Shown here: in pieces, positions 1 through 23,802 of the stretch
Position numbering within the stretch: the stretch's first letter is position 1
Layout: every line of letters begins with the position of its first letter
Assembly (NCBI GenBank): GCA_012295275.1
Contig: CM022677.1
Span: forward strand, 1,426,001-1,490,000
Reading direction: 5' to 3'
Source: Chrysomallon squamiferum
Lineage: Eukaryota > Animalia > Mollusca
DNA: 64,000 bases
The notes under the pieces: model-generated
Database searches by the model: none
Told to the model about the DNA's origin: nothing
What the model saw: the letters and a program-made list of their open reading frames with translations, nothing else
Position numbers and translations under genes: made by a program

Positions 1-307
1 TGTTTGTCTGTCTGTCTGTCTGTCAGGTATTGTTATGTTAAATACTAAGTCACATGTTGTGTCTGTTAAAGTCATGGCTCATAAAACCATAATTCTATGG
101 TTTATTTATTTATATATGCGTACATTGTTCATCCAAAATCTCTTGTTATTGCGTTGGAAATATTTGAGTTCCTTAGTGCTAGCAACGCGATAACATTCAT
201 GGGATCGGAACTGTTCAACGAGAACTTGACTGTCTTTAGGATTAAAATAAAAACTTATAAGGAGGCAAATATATAAAGCATAGATATGTGTGTGCGTGTG
301 TGTGTGC

Positions 308-338
<31 letters not shown>

Positions 339-1779
339 AGAGTGTCAGAGAGAAAGATAAGACTGAGATTGATTGGTCATAAGCAATGGATATCTAAATA
401 AAAATATCTACGTAAATAAAAAAACGGCAGAAATCGGAATAATCAGCCTAGTCGTGAAGCCGCTTTGTCTCTCAAAGGCGAGGTGCGAGCAATGTCACCA
501 AAATTACAAGAAAAGTAAAGAAAACATGTAACTGAGATGACTTACATATATTCCGTTTTCATGGCAACAGTAGTAGACATGTATTTTAGGACTAGTTACA
601 TATATATTACAATGTAATAATTACAGCTATATTTGTCAGTTTAATTTCTGTTATACATATCTTCATTGGTTTTTTATTTGTCAGTGTTAATACTTTTTTG
701 TTTTGATCTATTTACAATACCGAAGACAGACATGCCCGTTTTGTCACCCACGGAAAAAATCCATTGTACTTTTTGTTTTCTCTGTTCATATATACTCTCA
801 AGACTTTTTTCAAATAATGCTAGCGGTTCTTATTTACATCACTAAACGTATTTTGTATCAACAACAACAGCAACAACAACAACAACAACAATAATAATAA
901 TAATAATAATAATTGTGACGATGAAATTTAATATTTTCTTTTGTTATAACGTTAAACACTGATATCTTCGAAACTCTTTTTAAAAGGTATATTTTTTCTT
1001 CTATATGCAGTCTATAGATAATTTTACCAACGTAATACTCTTTATATAAAATATTTTTTCTTTTTACATTGTATAGTCTCTATATATGAGACAGAAAATA
1101 TAAAGCAAATTTAAATACTAAAACACACACATATACACACACTGGTAATTATAGAGAGTCAATAAACTAGAAATATATATAAAGAAATGAATTTCTCTTT
1201 AACCATCCATAATACTCTTTTTACCTGAAAATACGCGATGACGAATTCTTAAAGTTAGTTTGTAAATTTGAGAATTAAGATATTTAGCTAAAGCGAGTTT
1301 TGTGTAACAAAGTTTTAAAATATGTCAGCCTGGGCTGGCTTCTCTCGCTCTTTTCACTGATGTCTGCGGGAATCTAATATATGACGTCAGCAAGGAAAAC
1401 TCGAGTCTGATGAACAACAAGCGATAAACTGGTTTTTGCACGGCCCAGTGATTCCTTTTGACCAACAGGGAGGTAACTGTAGAGGACCTTTAAACTTTGA
1501 CCTTGCTTTGAAAAATGTGATAAGCGTTTGACAGCGGGATGTAGTAAAATACTGTTCTCACTTTTGCAGTGTAATCTGTGTCACTAACAGCGTATTTATA
1601 TATATATATATATATAAATGAAACATTATTAATTGTGTTTGTGTATATTTACAAAATATGTTTCAAAATTAATAAACTTAAGCTGTTAATTGATTATTTA
1701 TATAGTGGATAAGTGTAGTGTTATACCAATACGATAATTAGTTGAATTTCCTGGTCCCTGTGACAGTGTTTTAAACATA

Positions 1780-2267
1780 AAATTAATATAAAACAAAACA
1801 CGTGATAGGTATACATTTATTTTTCTTTTATTATCATTTTTTAAATGAGATTTTTAAATTATACTAAATGGAGCGATTGAACCAAGTCCTTCCCCTATAT
1901 GCACTGCACTTTCGATACCCAGCATTTCAGTATTAAATTAAACAAGATTTGTTTCTGAAGACGAAGTATTTTATCTTTCTGAATCACGCGATCAGCTGAC
2001 TGTTGTCGTTCTGCCAGGAGAGGGAAATATTTCTTTTCAGTATCAAGTGCGGACCTGAGCTAAATTAACTTTGTGAAATTCATGACTGCGCATATTGAAA
2101 ACATGACTAAACAGGATGAAGCGTTCCGCCTCGGTAAACAAACATAATGCAAACTCTTAAACTAAACACAGGGTATGAACTTTAGTGTATCAGTGTGTAA
2201 ACGTGACCAGATTCCAACATCTACTACTACTACTACTACAACTACTACTACTAACAGGAACACCACC

Positions 2268-2312
<45 letters not shown>

Positions 2313-3511
2313 AATAATAATAATAATAATAATAAATTAATTAATTAATTAATAATATTAAGAGTATATGTCACAGAAAATAATAGCTTTTATTCATTGA
2401 GATTTGTCTCACACACATGTAAACAAAAAATGTGTTTTTGTTCCTTTGTTTCTTTTCTTAGATGAAAAGGGTCTCTGTATCTCTTATTATTTCTGTGTTA
2501 GTCTTTACATGGACTGGGCGATCTGTAAATATTTTATTTTTTATATTATCATTTGTTAGATAACGAGAAAAGTATCATTTCATAAATTACATTCACAAAT
2601 GTTAATATTTCTACTTACTGTCGACTGTTAGATTTAAAAAAAAAAAAAGATTAAATTCATATCATAATATGGTAGATGGGGAAATTAGTTTAACACTTCC
2701 ATACAATATGAAGAAACGTGACAGTGTAGCTGTAGATTTTGTGCTGTATTTGTTTAATTGTAATGTACTTTATTTCTTTATCTAATAAAACGATCATCTC
2801 TTCATCATCCTTGTGCGTGACAAACCGCATAGTAAGTTTCGCTTCAGTAAACAAATGAAATGTTATTTGAAAAAAAAAATCAAATTAGTTGATGTAGTGA
2901 ATGGAAACGGCATAAATGGAGAAAAAATAAGCTATATAAATAAATAAAAAAAGAAGAAAGAAAAAAGAAAGAAAGCATTCCTTTTTTCGTCAGTTAAAAT
3001 AAAATCTTATCTTTGTTTCCTTAGAGTCGCCATATTCAACATTTCTGTCTTTCATTTTTTTAGAGGATAACCGAAGAAACGTGGGAGATTTCAGTTTGTC
3101 TCTTCAACCTTTTCCTTCGTGGGGAAAAAATGTGTGCGTATGTATCTTTCCCAGGAAACTAAAGTTCGAAATGACAAATATATATATATATATATATAAA
3201 AGAAAGCATAATATTTTTGTCAAACAAAAAAAAATAAAAAAAATTAAAGTAGCGGCAACATGTTAAAATAAGTTAAGTGTATTTTTGTAAGCTATTAAAT
3301 AAGCTAACATAAAATTCATTCCACTTCTCTGTAAATTTGCTGACAAAGCTGTAGATAAACAGAGGGCGAATCAGCTGCACATTATCAACACATTTCATAT
3401 AATAATTAATATCGGAAAATCAATTTAGTTATATTGAGAGAAGATAATTTTACTCAAGCAGTCTTATTTGACACAGACAGACGTGTGCGCATGTATATGC
3501 AGGTGTATCTC

Positions 3512-3591
<80 letters not shown>

Positions 3592-3937
3592 GAATAATCA
3601 CAGTTATTAAAATTATCAAATGTACTAAATTTACAATTATACTTCTAGTTTGCGTGTATTTGAGATATTGTATTAGTTTTAATAAACGTGACACTTAAAA
3701 CGTTTGCATCATACCTGTCTTGTGTGCAGTCTCTCATTCACGCATAGAAACAAACTGTATGTATTTAGATTATTCAACTAATGAAATATATGCTATAGCA
3801 TACTGAATTAATTCGTTTGAAAAAAATATATATGTGTGAATGTGTCTCTGTGTGTGTGTGTGTGTTTTAACATTACGAAACAAAGGTGTCTAAAATAGAG
3901 AGAAAAAATATTAATGTTATTATTACTATTATTATTA

Positions 3938-3995
<58 letters not shown>

Positions 3996-4150
3996 GAGTA
4001 CGATTATTATCTTATCTTTGCATCCTGTTTTTCATTGCTATTAATTAATTATATATGTTATGAAGAGGATAGATAAGCGTCTATATGTAACCATACACGT
4101 TAAAAAAGTTCTATTTTTGGTGTAGAAATGTTTTATATTTCTCTTTTGTT
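1780..4150. repeat. Diverged copy of the same non-coding unit
   Basis: Anchors at 1981 (AATCACGCGATCAGCTGACTG), 2113, 2649, 3022 and 3322. Confidence 0.8.
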
Positions 4151-4341
4151 CGACAAACCTGTAAAGCGGGCTTCACATTATGACGATGAAAAAATTGTGA
4201 CGGGTTTATTGAGAGAGGCTATTCTCATTTATAACTGAACCGTTAAAGAAAGTCTAAGATTTCATTATGTCATTTTGATCTTTATTTTCTGTCCCGCATT
4301 CGTACATAGCTTCACGTTATGTTATATTTATGAAACAATGT

Positions 4342-4403
<62 letters not shown>

Positions 4404-4806
4404 TTAGATACTATAATAAAAGGAAACGCCATTGTAAGAAATGTAGGATAATGGCAAAGTGTGTTAAATTAAAATACTTAGAAAACAACTCTGTCACGTA
4501 TATTTATGAAGCTATTAACAATGCTGAAATAATATTGAGTCCCTTTTTTTGGTAAAACTATTAATAAATATTACCATCCTGAAATGTTGTAGATAAATAA
4601 AGTTGGAAATGTGACAATTTTTCATCTTATAATTGTGTTAGATTGGGAATTAAATTTAGTTGCACGACAGACAATAGTACTATTTACTCATTTAAACTTA
4701 TTATACAGCTTGTGTTTATGTAAAATTATACTTTATTCTCTTTTTTCTTTTACTTCCTTGGTTTCTTTCTTTTTTAAATTATTATTATTATTATTACTAT
4801 TATTAT

Positions 4807-4864
<58 letters not shown>

Positions 4865-5014
4865 TGTTGTTGTTGTAGTAAGATTTTAATTTCGTTCGCT
4901 ATTCGCATATATTGTTAATTGGTCTTTAACAGACCTGTTGTTATGTCCATTTTTACTAAATGTATGAAAGTCAGACAGGCAGACAGACAGACACACACAC
5001 ACACACAGAGAGAG

Positions 5015-5106
<92 letters not shown>

Positions 5107-5219
5107 TGTTGTAAAACACAGACTGTGAACAGTCTACAGTTATATGTACTACTCAGTGTATCCAGAAAATAAAAAAATAAATACTAATACTTGATAAATT
5201 TATTTGAATACCTATATAA

Positions 5220-5527
5220 TTCACAAATTAAATACAAAAATAAACAAATAAAGCTTCGTGATAAAAAACACACATTTATTTATATATCTGATTTTCATTT
5301 GTTTGCATCTTACACATAAATAAACAAACAGTTGCTAATTTCATATCTAGTATATACTAAACTTAATATAATTCACTTGCATATTTTATATAAATCTTAA
5401 TAAAAGAAATAGGATGAAGAAATCAAATAACAGATCTTATATAATTGATCTACATATTATGTTTCCTGTAGAAACAACATTAATATTAATAATAACAATA
5501 ACAATAGTAATAGTAGTAGTAGTAGTA

Positions 5528-5576
<49 letters not shown>

Positions 5577-5866
5577 TATTCAAGAAATGAGATATTTATA
5601 TAAATTTTACATGTATCTGTTTGACAGAAAAGTGTCCATTAGATAGGTAAGTTTCAAATCAAATGAAAGACGGTATGCCGTCATCACTGCTGTCTAACGT
5701 CATCAGAAATACCAATAGAAAAATATATAAATAAATAAATAAACACAAAACTGAAAAATAAATAAATAAGAAAATAAAAAAAAATATGACACAGATATCA
5801 CTAAAACTGACAATAATTGAACGATGCTGATTTTCACACTAAAAATAACAAAGCAGATATTTGTCC
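5220..5866 (-). pseudogene. 3'-terminal remnant of a fourth BTB-BACK-PHR copy (last 10 codons plus 3'UTR)
   Basis: 5866-5834 reads GQISALLFLV-TGA versus GQIPALLFLV-TAA in copy 1. 5220-5830 aligns with the 3' flanks at 23330-23800, 32445-33050 and 61395-61970. Confidence 0.8.
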
Positions 5867-5939
5867 TGTTTTTTCGGTGACATAGGCTTTGTCGTGAGTT
5901 AAAAGTAAAGCGAAGTTCAGTATAAAAGGACGAGTATTT

Positions 5940-6245
5940 CGTCCAGGTCGCAGTCTCGCGTGAACGCTGACTGTGCAATTTCAAATGTGAAGACAAACAA
6001 TATTTGACATCTTAAAACATAGCGACCATTACCGGCAGTTGTACGAAACCAGTATTTGAGCAGAGAACAACGAGCGACAAATTGAAAAGTCTGAAAGGAT
6101 TAGCACACACACAAACAATCAGTTACCGAATTTTCTTCTACAGATGTTCGTGAAATGGTAACACAAATTGAATCTTTTGCGGCTGCTACCGAAAGCAGAC
6201 TCTTGCAACCGATGTTAATAATAATAGAGGAGATTGCTTTGGAGA
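5940..6245 (+). mobile_element. C-terminal fragment of the same pogo/Tigger-like transposase
   Basis: IFDILKHSDHYRQLYETSI..ERQIEKSE..MVTQIESFAAATESRLLQ matches the minus-strand reading of 59420-59690. Confidence 0.6.
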
Positions 6246-6654
6246 GAAATATATATATATATATATATAAAATAATAATAAATAAAATTGAAATAAAAAA
6301 CATAAATAAAAACACAAAAAATAAACCAGTCTTAAGTGACATCTATTTCTACGCTGAATCTCGATAGCCGTTTAACTGTGACATTTCTAATAAAACACTC
6401 CACTTTCATGTTTAATATTTGTAAACCGCCGCTCTGTCTAAAACGGCATATCTCGTAGATCCCAAGTGAGTCCACTATGTGTGTGTGAATGTGTGTGTGT
6501 GTGTGTGTGTGTCTGGGTGGGTGCATGTGTGTGTTTGTGTGTGTGTGAGTGTAGAACTAGTTACCCAGTGCGTTCAGTGGACTGCGACCGTTCCACGTTC
6601 TTAAAAAAAAAAAAAAAAAAAAAAAAGAACAAAACAAAATAATTAAGAACTAAA

Positions 6655-13300
<6,646 letters not shown>

Positions 13301-13611
13301 AACAAAATGATATAGTCTTGTTTCGTTTTGTTTTATTTATTTAATTATTTATTTATTTATTTATTTATTACATTTTTATTTGTTCAGTTTGATTTCCGTT
13401 TTCTAAGACTTATAAGCAGAGAGATGTGATGTTTGCAGGTCTAACTTTAAATGTTATGACTTCATCTTTCTAAAATAGATTACAATAAAATCACTTTCTC
13501 ACACACATAGACACACACACACACTTGCGTTTTAACGTAACAAGAACTGTAACAAGAACTTCGATATATATATATATATATTTTTACTTATTTATGTTTG
13601 TATATATATAA

Positions 13612-13651
<40 letters not shown>

Positions 13652-15009
13652 GTTTGTATATATATATATATATATATAAATATGTATACACACACAAACA
13701 TAAATAAATAATGAATACAGAAGTAAGATCAAGAGAATTAGTAGGTGAAAACAATATGTAAAAAAAATATGTAAGGGAATACATAGAAATGAATAAATAA
13801 CTACAAACATAATTAAAATAAATGAACAAACAAACAAATAAATAAATAAATAATGAATACAGAAGTAAGACCAAGAGAATTAGTAGGTGAAAACAAAGAA
13901 GACAAAAGAAAAACCCGAGATAGGAAAAACGTGACTACGTATTAAATTTAATACCTCAATGAAAATTTTAGACGCGAGTTTTAAATGCAGGTGTTACAGA
14001 TCAGGTTTTGTCTTCTGTTTACTCTGCACGTTGAAGTCAGCTTAAACAAGGGACTGATTCACAATAATCTAAGGTGAGGGTGACAGGGCCGGTACTGAGA
14101 TTTGTACAAATAATATTGCAAATGTTTTTCTGTGTTTGTTGCTTTATTTATTTAAATACAACAAAAATTATTTTTTGTGGAGCTTTTCGCTTTTGGCTCC
14201 ACATTCGTTGAGAGAGACAGAGAGAGAGAGATTTGCTGCATGAACTAAGTTCCTGTTTTTTCTTGTTTAGAAAAGTAGAATGAACAATGAACGACTGACT
14301 AACACTACTTGTTTTGTTTTGTAAATGGCAAAAGTTCTGTAAAAATTAGAATGTAGCTAACAGTCGCGCTACATATTGCACACACATTAATAACAACAAG
14401 AGTATTTTTATTTTTTACACTGTGTGGATAATAGTTATTTGATGACGTCAGACAGTGGTTGGGAACAGAGCCGAATTAACAACGTAGCAGTTGTAGGAAA
14501 TGTACGGGTTCAGGGGCCCCGCGGATCACTTTTTTTTAATTGTTTTAATTTTTTTTTTTTACTCACTCAATGTAGTAAGATGTTCATGCACCGTCACGTC
14601 AGAGATCACAGCAAGCAATCATGTTTTACAGACTGCACGGGGGAGCGTTCGTTTTCCTAACTGCGCCGAGTACAAAATGCAGAAAGAAAAACGTTTAAAT
14701 GTGCTGACGTTGATGAGCCTCCAATGTGAGTTGTTGAGAACGGCTGACACTATTTCAATTATAAAAGACTTTGCTCATATAAAATCTCGAAGGCGCGATA
14801 TATAATTCAATATGTGTCTGAATCACAATTGTCTACTTTTCGGAAGATTCTTTTTGTTTCCACAATGCATAGGACTGATTGTTCAAACATTAAGGTGTGT
14901 TTACTATTTGATATTTAAAACAATGGTATAATGGAAAGTAGTTTGACTTTGAACTGTTAGGTTTAAAACCATCACGATATGAACGAATGAACTGGAAGAT
15001 TATGAAAAC

Positions 15010-15339
15010 AATCGAAGTGACAACTTATATTACTTATACTGGCCTGTAGGATGTTTTCATATTCATGATTTTCAGACAGACTGGTTCGACAAAACATTCA
15101 TTCAAGATATCGATAAGCGGTGTAAATCTACAGAAAACAAAATAATATTAAGATAATGAAAGAAAAAGTTCTATATTTTCTCCCAAGGCTGTCTTTAACT
15201 TTACATATGATGTGTTAATGTTGGAAACACGATATGTATTCTCAGTTTAGTGTATACACACACAAATATGTATATATATACAAATACGCGCATACATACA
15301 TGCACACACACTAGATGCATAACATCAACAAAAATGCAT

Positions 15340-15428
<89 letters not shown>

Positions 15429-16430
15429 GAGACTGTTTTAACCTTGGAGATGTCTGTATTGTTTGTTGACATATCAAAAACATTGTTCCGTTATCAGAAA
15501 AAACAAAACAAACAAAAAAAACAAGTTGTTTTTTTATTTCCCTCAGTTGTGACTGTCTGCGGACTATTTGTTATACAAAGCAGTGCTAATGTTTATTACT
15601 GAAAGTAATTTATTCTCTAAACTTACCATCAGCAAGTAGTTATTTCAATTATAGAAGTTCCTTGCTTTTATAGATAAACGTTACGTTTCCATGAATTGGT
15701 TTATCTATATTTACAAAAGGAGGTTTCTTAATCTCTATGACTTTGTATCTCTTAGTCTATCTTTAAATCTGTATGAGTGCGTGCGAATTTCAAACTTTGC
15801 CCTAGAGTTTCGGCACCTGGTGAGAGACTTGTCTTTTTTTTAACGGTATAAGGTTTAATATATACACACACATATATATATTTCGTTTTGGAATTTGCAT
15901 CAGGTATCCGAAGTAGACAGCATCCGGATTAGACACTGTTTTGTTCACAACAGATTAACAGTAGCTGGAAGGGAAACTGAAATGTGCCTGTGCAGCAGTT
16001 AATTACAAACCAATGGAAATCGCACATCCCAGGCTTTGTAATTTCCTAGGAAATGCCCCCCACCCCGTGGAATAGCACAGTGCATAGCATCCCTGTTAAT
16101 CCTATCTTCTGGCACACCACTGGCATACATTCTGTAATGATTAGAATGTAGCTTACAGGCGCACAAGCGTCACAACATTATGAAAACCAGCGAAGTGATA
16201 ACTTGTATTACTCATACTGGCCTGTAGGATGGTTTTATATTCATGATTTCCAGACAGACTGGTTCGACAAAACATTCATTCAAGAATTCGATAAGCGGTG
16301 TAAATATACAGAAAACTAAATAATATTAAGATAATAAAGGAAAAAGTTGTATACTGTTTCCAAGGGCAGTCTTTAGATTTACAAACGTTGTGTTAATGTG
16401 TGAAACACGATACATATTCTCATTTTAGTG
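15010..16430. repeat. Direct ~240-bp duplication (15010-15250 and 16185-16430) flanking a block also present at 21710-22540
   Basis: ATACTGGCCTGTAGGATG..CAGACAGACTGGTTCGACAAAACATTCATTCAAG occurs twice. 15885-16130 matches 22300-22540. Confidence 0.85.
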
Positions 16431-17845
16431 CACACTGGAAAGTAAAACTTCGTTGTCATATAATATACCTTTCAAGTCCGGGTCTACATTATATTTATTT
16501 GTGTATTTCAAAAAAATCTTGCAAGGTAATGATCAGTTTGCTTGTCACATCTACACATATAACAGCGATACGGTTTTTATCCTTGCCATTGTAGGTGAAA
16601 GCAGATGCAATAACATTTTATAGTCTGGTTGGAACGGACGATAGACCAATACGAAAGTTAGATTAAACGAAATGGAAGAATGAAGAAATGACAAAAAGAG
16701 AACAAATTAAAAAAGGAATGCAAGGGTGGAATAAATATTTTAATTAACGACTCTGTAAACACATTTTGTTTACTGATTTGTGTGTAAAACTTGCTGTTAA
16801 GGACTGCTGAAATAAAATGAGAGTAAATGTGCAGTCCCCACATCAAGTCTACTTCTTTCCAATTAGCAGGAAGTGGTATTTTATATAGACAATTAGATGA
16901 ACAGGGTAATATGTATCAACCATTGCCTCTCTTTAACCAATATACTATTTTTGTTTCTTTCTAATTGGTTTAGATTTTATTATTATTAACCAGTTTCATA
17001 GTCAAAACAATTACGACATGAACACGTGTACTGTTGTAAAGACTCATGAAAAGCAATCACGATATAAACGATACATAATATATAAAAAGCGAATTTCTAT
17101 TTTGTATGATTCATACTAGCCTTTAGGACACTTTCATTCATAATACTGGTTCAGTATTAAGATACGTATTGACAATACAGATAAAGATAAAGAGAGCTGG
17201 ACATGAATGGTGTAGAAAATAGGTCATTGCAGAAACAAAGAGGGTTGTAAGAGGATGGCAGAAGAGTGTGTTTAGTTAGTTGTAATGTTGTTTAAAAACT
17301 GGTTTTTCATGTTCACAGATTGGTTAAACTGGATATTATTTATACAGGAAACTATTTTATATCCAACCTTAATACCAAAGCTGAATTAACTCTAAATACA
17401 ATGTCGTTTCTGATATTACTTACCTGAATCATAACTCTACATTTGTCCATCTGAACCAGTGATAAACATCATCATAATTTTATCTCCAAGTGTATTTTTA
17501 TCCTAATAGCACCCGAACTATCACTTTAAATTTAAAGTCATCACATCACAGATCTTAACAATATAATAAACAAACAAACATATAAATAAATAAATAAATA
17601 AAATAAAATAAAATAAAACAAAATAACAGAGAGGTAAAAATATAGAATAAACCGCTAAAAGTACATACTATATTAGAATGATGATGATAATGGAATCTGT
17701 TTAAAAAAACAACTACTAGTACTATTTCTATTACTAAAACATCTACTACTACTTCTACTACAATACTACTGGGACGTCTACTGTTACATCTATAGCTATT
17801 ACTATAAGTCCTACTATTACTAATGATCCATTCATACACAATTAC

Positions 17846-17960
<115 letters not shown>

Positions 17961-18012
17961 TAGAGAAACACACACACGCACACGCACACGCACACAAAAT
18001 ATGACTGCCTAC

Positions 18013-18360
18013 CTTTAAAAACTTCCTGGTCGAGAATTTCGTAGATAGCAATAATTTCTGTTTGACGGTTTTTCTATAGATCACTTAAGCGAGGAATCTG
18101 AAAATAAATAAATAAATAAATAAATAAATAAAACAAGTAACTTGTTCAGTACTGCTGATTTATTTTTAGCAAATAATAGCACGGTATATATTAAATCACA
18201 ATGAAATGCAAACTACCTTCAAATCTCAAAATGGCTGTCTGCTTACACAAAATACGTCCTTGTTTGTGAGTGGTTTTACTGGAGCTGACAACACGTCACT
18301 GAAATAATTTGTGCGTGTCGCTGTTAACAAAACGTGTCTACAGAGAAACACGTGGCTGAA
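18013..18360 (-). promoter_or_regulatory. Putative promoter plus two non-coding 5' exons (orphan copy)
   Basis: CACGTG 18349-18354, Inr-like TTCAGT ~18300, donor GAAG|GTAG at 18216, acceptor TTTCAG at 18098, donor AAG|GTAGGC at 18012. Homologous to 37068-38080. Confidence 0.4.
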
Positions 18361-19409
18361 ATCTGATATCCTAAAACTCGAAATGCGTATGACGGTAGAT
18401 GCATGCATATGTTTTGTTACGTATAATTTGTGAGGCGTAATGTAACATACATATTTTAAACCTGTTACAGAAACAAAGAGTTTTATAATTTGTCATTACT
18501 TATTTCTTCTGTGAAATATTTATATAAATTTCTAACACAGCATAATGATGTAAAACGTATAGCTAACAAGTGTCTGTATTTAAGTCAGACAAAAATAGTG
18601 TGTTAATTGTTCTGGCGAAAAGAAAAGTTATACCTCGGATCGTGAAATGCTATTTTATTTGTACAAAGCGATCCATCTACCAATGTGACAAATACAACCT
18701 TTATTATAGTAATATATATATATATATACACACACACAAACACAAACAAAAAAAACCCGTTAAAATACTAACACTTATTCTGATCATTGTAGTAATTTCC
18801 TTTTTAAATTATTAATTATTTATCTACTTCACTTATTTCTTTTTATTTATCTGTCTATATTTTTCGTCCTTTATTTCCTTCTTTATTGTATAAACCAGAA
18901 AACATACAGTGTAACAAATAACACATCTAATACATGATGATGCAAAAGAAATAAAAAAAGTAAAACAAAAAAAGTTGTTTTCTAAATACAGCAGTGTCTA
19001 CACTTTGAACAATAAAATAAAAAAACATAATATAAAATAAAATCAACAAGCACAGAAAAGAACAAAGCGAAAAAAAAAAACACAAAAAAAAAAAAAATCA
19101 ACATTGATAATAATAAAAATGTTACAAATATGTCCTGCAGATTCCTAGTATTCAATACTTGCCATATAAATATGTATACTCTTAAAACACCGAGATGGAG
19201 TTGAAAAACTGGTGGATAAAATAAACCATGCGGATGTCGTAGACAGATACATTTGTTACGTAATTCTGAATTCCGCGACACAGGTTTTTAAAAATAAAAT
19301 TCCTTTATTTGCCAATATATTATAATGAACTCATTCATTATCAGTTTTAATATGAACGTTATACAAGATCTGTACATTGATTATTTTAATGGTAATTCAG
19401 AAATAAATA

Positions 19410-21720
<2,311 letters not shown>

Positions 21721-21759
21721 GTTTCGGCATCTGGTAAGAAACCTGTCTAACTTTCTTTT

Positions 21760-21791
<32 letters not shown>

Positions 21792-22136
21792 GGTATAAGG
21801 TTTAATATATACACACACATACATAGAATTATACAAGTTCCTTGTTTCTATATATAAGTGTTATGTTTCTTGAATAGGTTTATTTGTTGTTACAAGAAAT
21901 AGGTTTGTTCTTCTCTTCAACTTTTTATCTCTCTCTCCAACGTTGTATCTCTCTCTGTGTAAGTTTATGTGTGTATTTATGTATGTGTGTGTATGTGTGT
22001 ATCTGTAAGTGTAATTGTGTGTATGTACGTGTGTATGTGTATGTGTATGTGTGTGTATGTAGATATGTTTAAGAAAGAGCGAATAATGCTCTGATTGTAC
22101 AAAACAGACGTGACGGGTAGATATCTGTCTGTGTAT

Positions 22137-22174
<38 letters not shown>

Positions 22175-23802
22175 AAATACAAACAGGTATCTATGTATAT
22201 ATATGTAAACAGAGACAAAACGGTTTCGTTTAAGTTGCAGTGAAAAATTATGTGTAGTTATTGACAATGCTAATTACTATATCAATTATTTATCTTTTGT
22301 TCTGGAATTTACATTCGGTTTCCGAAGTAGACAGCATCCGGATTAGACACTGTTTTGTTCACAACAGATTAACAGTAGCTGGAAGGGAAACTGAAATGTG
22401 CCGGTGTAGCAGTTAAATACAAACCCCTGGAAATCGCACATCCCAGGGTTTGTAATTTGCTAGGAAATGCCCCCCACCCCGTGGAATAGCACAGTGCATA
22501 GCATCCCTGTTACTCCTATCTTCTGGCACACCACTGACATAGACCGTCGAATCTCAGTCAGAAGGGAAACGTTTATATACAAACAGTTTCTGACTACTAC
22601 AGCAGGTGTTATCAGTACTTTAATTAATTACTGTTTATGAAGGAAGTTGTTCAATAAATAATATCAAATCAGACTGTCGTTTTTTTTTATTGTTCAGTTG
22701 TGTATCTCAAGTATGGGACTAGAACTTTTTGTAGCTGCAGCTAAAAAGAAAGTAAGAAAAACCTGAAATTCTAAGGTTGCGGCGTGATAAAATACTTTTT
22801 GTTGCAATGTAACAGACTTACTGTACTTGAAACTGTTGTTAAACAGAAACATAAATAAGTTTGGGCAAAAAAACAACATCAGTGTGACCCATTTCTAACG
22901 TGCAAATATTTGTTGTTCATATCAAAATCACATATGGAAGGAATGTTTATAGTGAGATGCAATTAAAACCACAACCACTACTGCTATGTGTGGTATATTA
23001 GGAGGGGTTTGTGATTTACAGGATTTGTGATTTCCTGCTACACTGGTTTATACACAAATCCTGGTTAGTCCAAGGTTCTTTATCGCCGAGTGCACGGTGT
23101 GTGTGTCTGTCTGTGTGTGTACGTTTCTGTCTGTATGTGTGTGTGTGTTTATGTATGTATGTGTTATTTTTGTGTATACATACACACATATCCACATACA
23201 TATACATATACTATTACTCAATGTTTGCAGTAAAGAAACAAAGAAATAAATAAATAACAAAAAGTAAATAGTAATACCTGACACATTTATTTCAGTATCT
23301 TTGTAATTCACCTGTTTACATTTAAAACACAAATTAAATACAAAAATAAACGAAGTGAAAATTCATCATAAAAAAATACAAATTTAGTTATCTGTTTTTC
23401 GTTTATTTATATGTCATCCATAAGTAAATAAACAAATAGCTGCTAGTGTTAGTAAAAGAAAATGGACAAATAAATGAAGTAACAGTTCTTATTTTCATGT
23501 CTAACAACTAGGAAATACATACATAATGTATCTACATATTATGTTTCATATAAAACAAAATAAAAATAAAAGTGCATAATAAATCTATAAATAAATAGAT
23601 AAATAAATAAATAGTAACAGTAAAATAATAATTAAGAAATGAGATGTACGTGTTTGACAGAAATCAGTCCACTAGAAATCAAAAATTTCAAATAAATATG
23701 TGTATGACGTCATCACTGCTGTCTGAGGTAAAAAACAAACATAAATAAATAAATATATAAACAAATAAAAATTTGAGCCGACTATTTGAACGGTGTTGTT
23801 TT

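Noticed and set aside
5921-5960. TATAAAAG followed ~30 nt later by CAGTC (core promoter or LTR look-alike)
   Set aside because: The downstream part aligns with the decayed transposase sequence at 59640-59690, and no second LTR is visible.
14424-14805. CpG-richer block with 78- and 101-aa ORFs
   Set aside because: No recognisable domain or splice structure; probably a repeat or regulatory fragment that I cannot classify.
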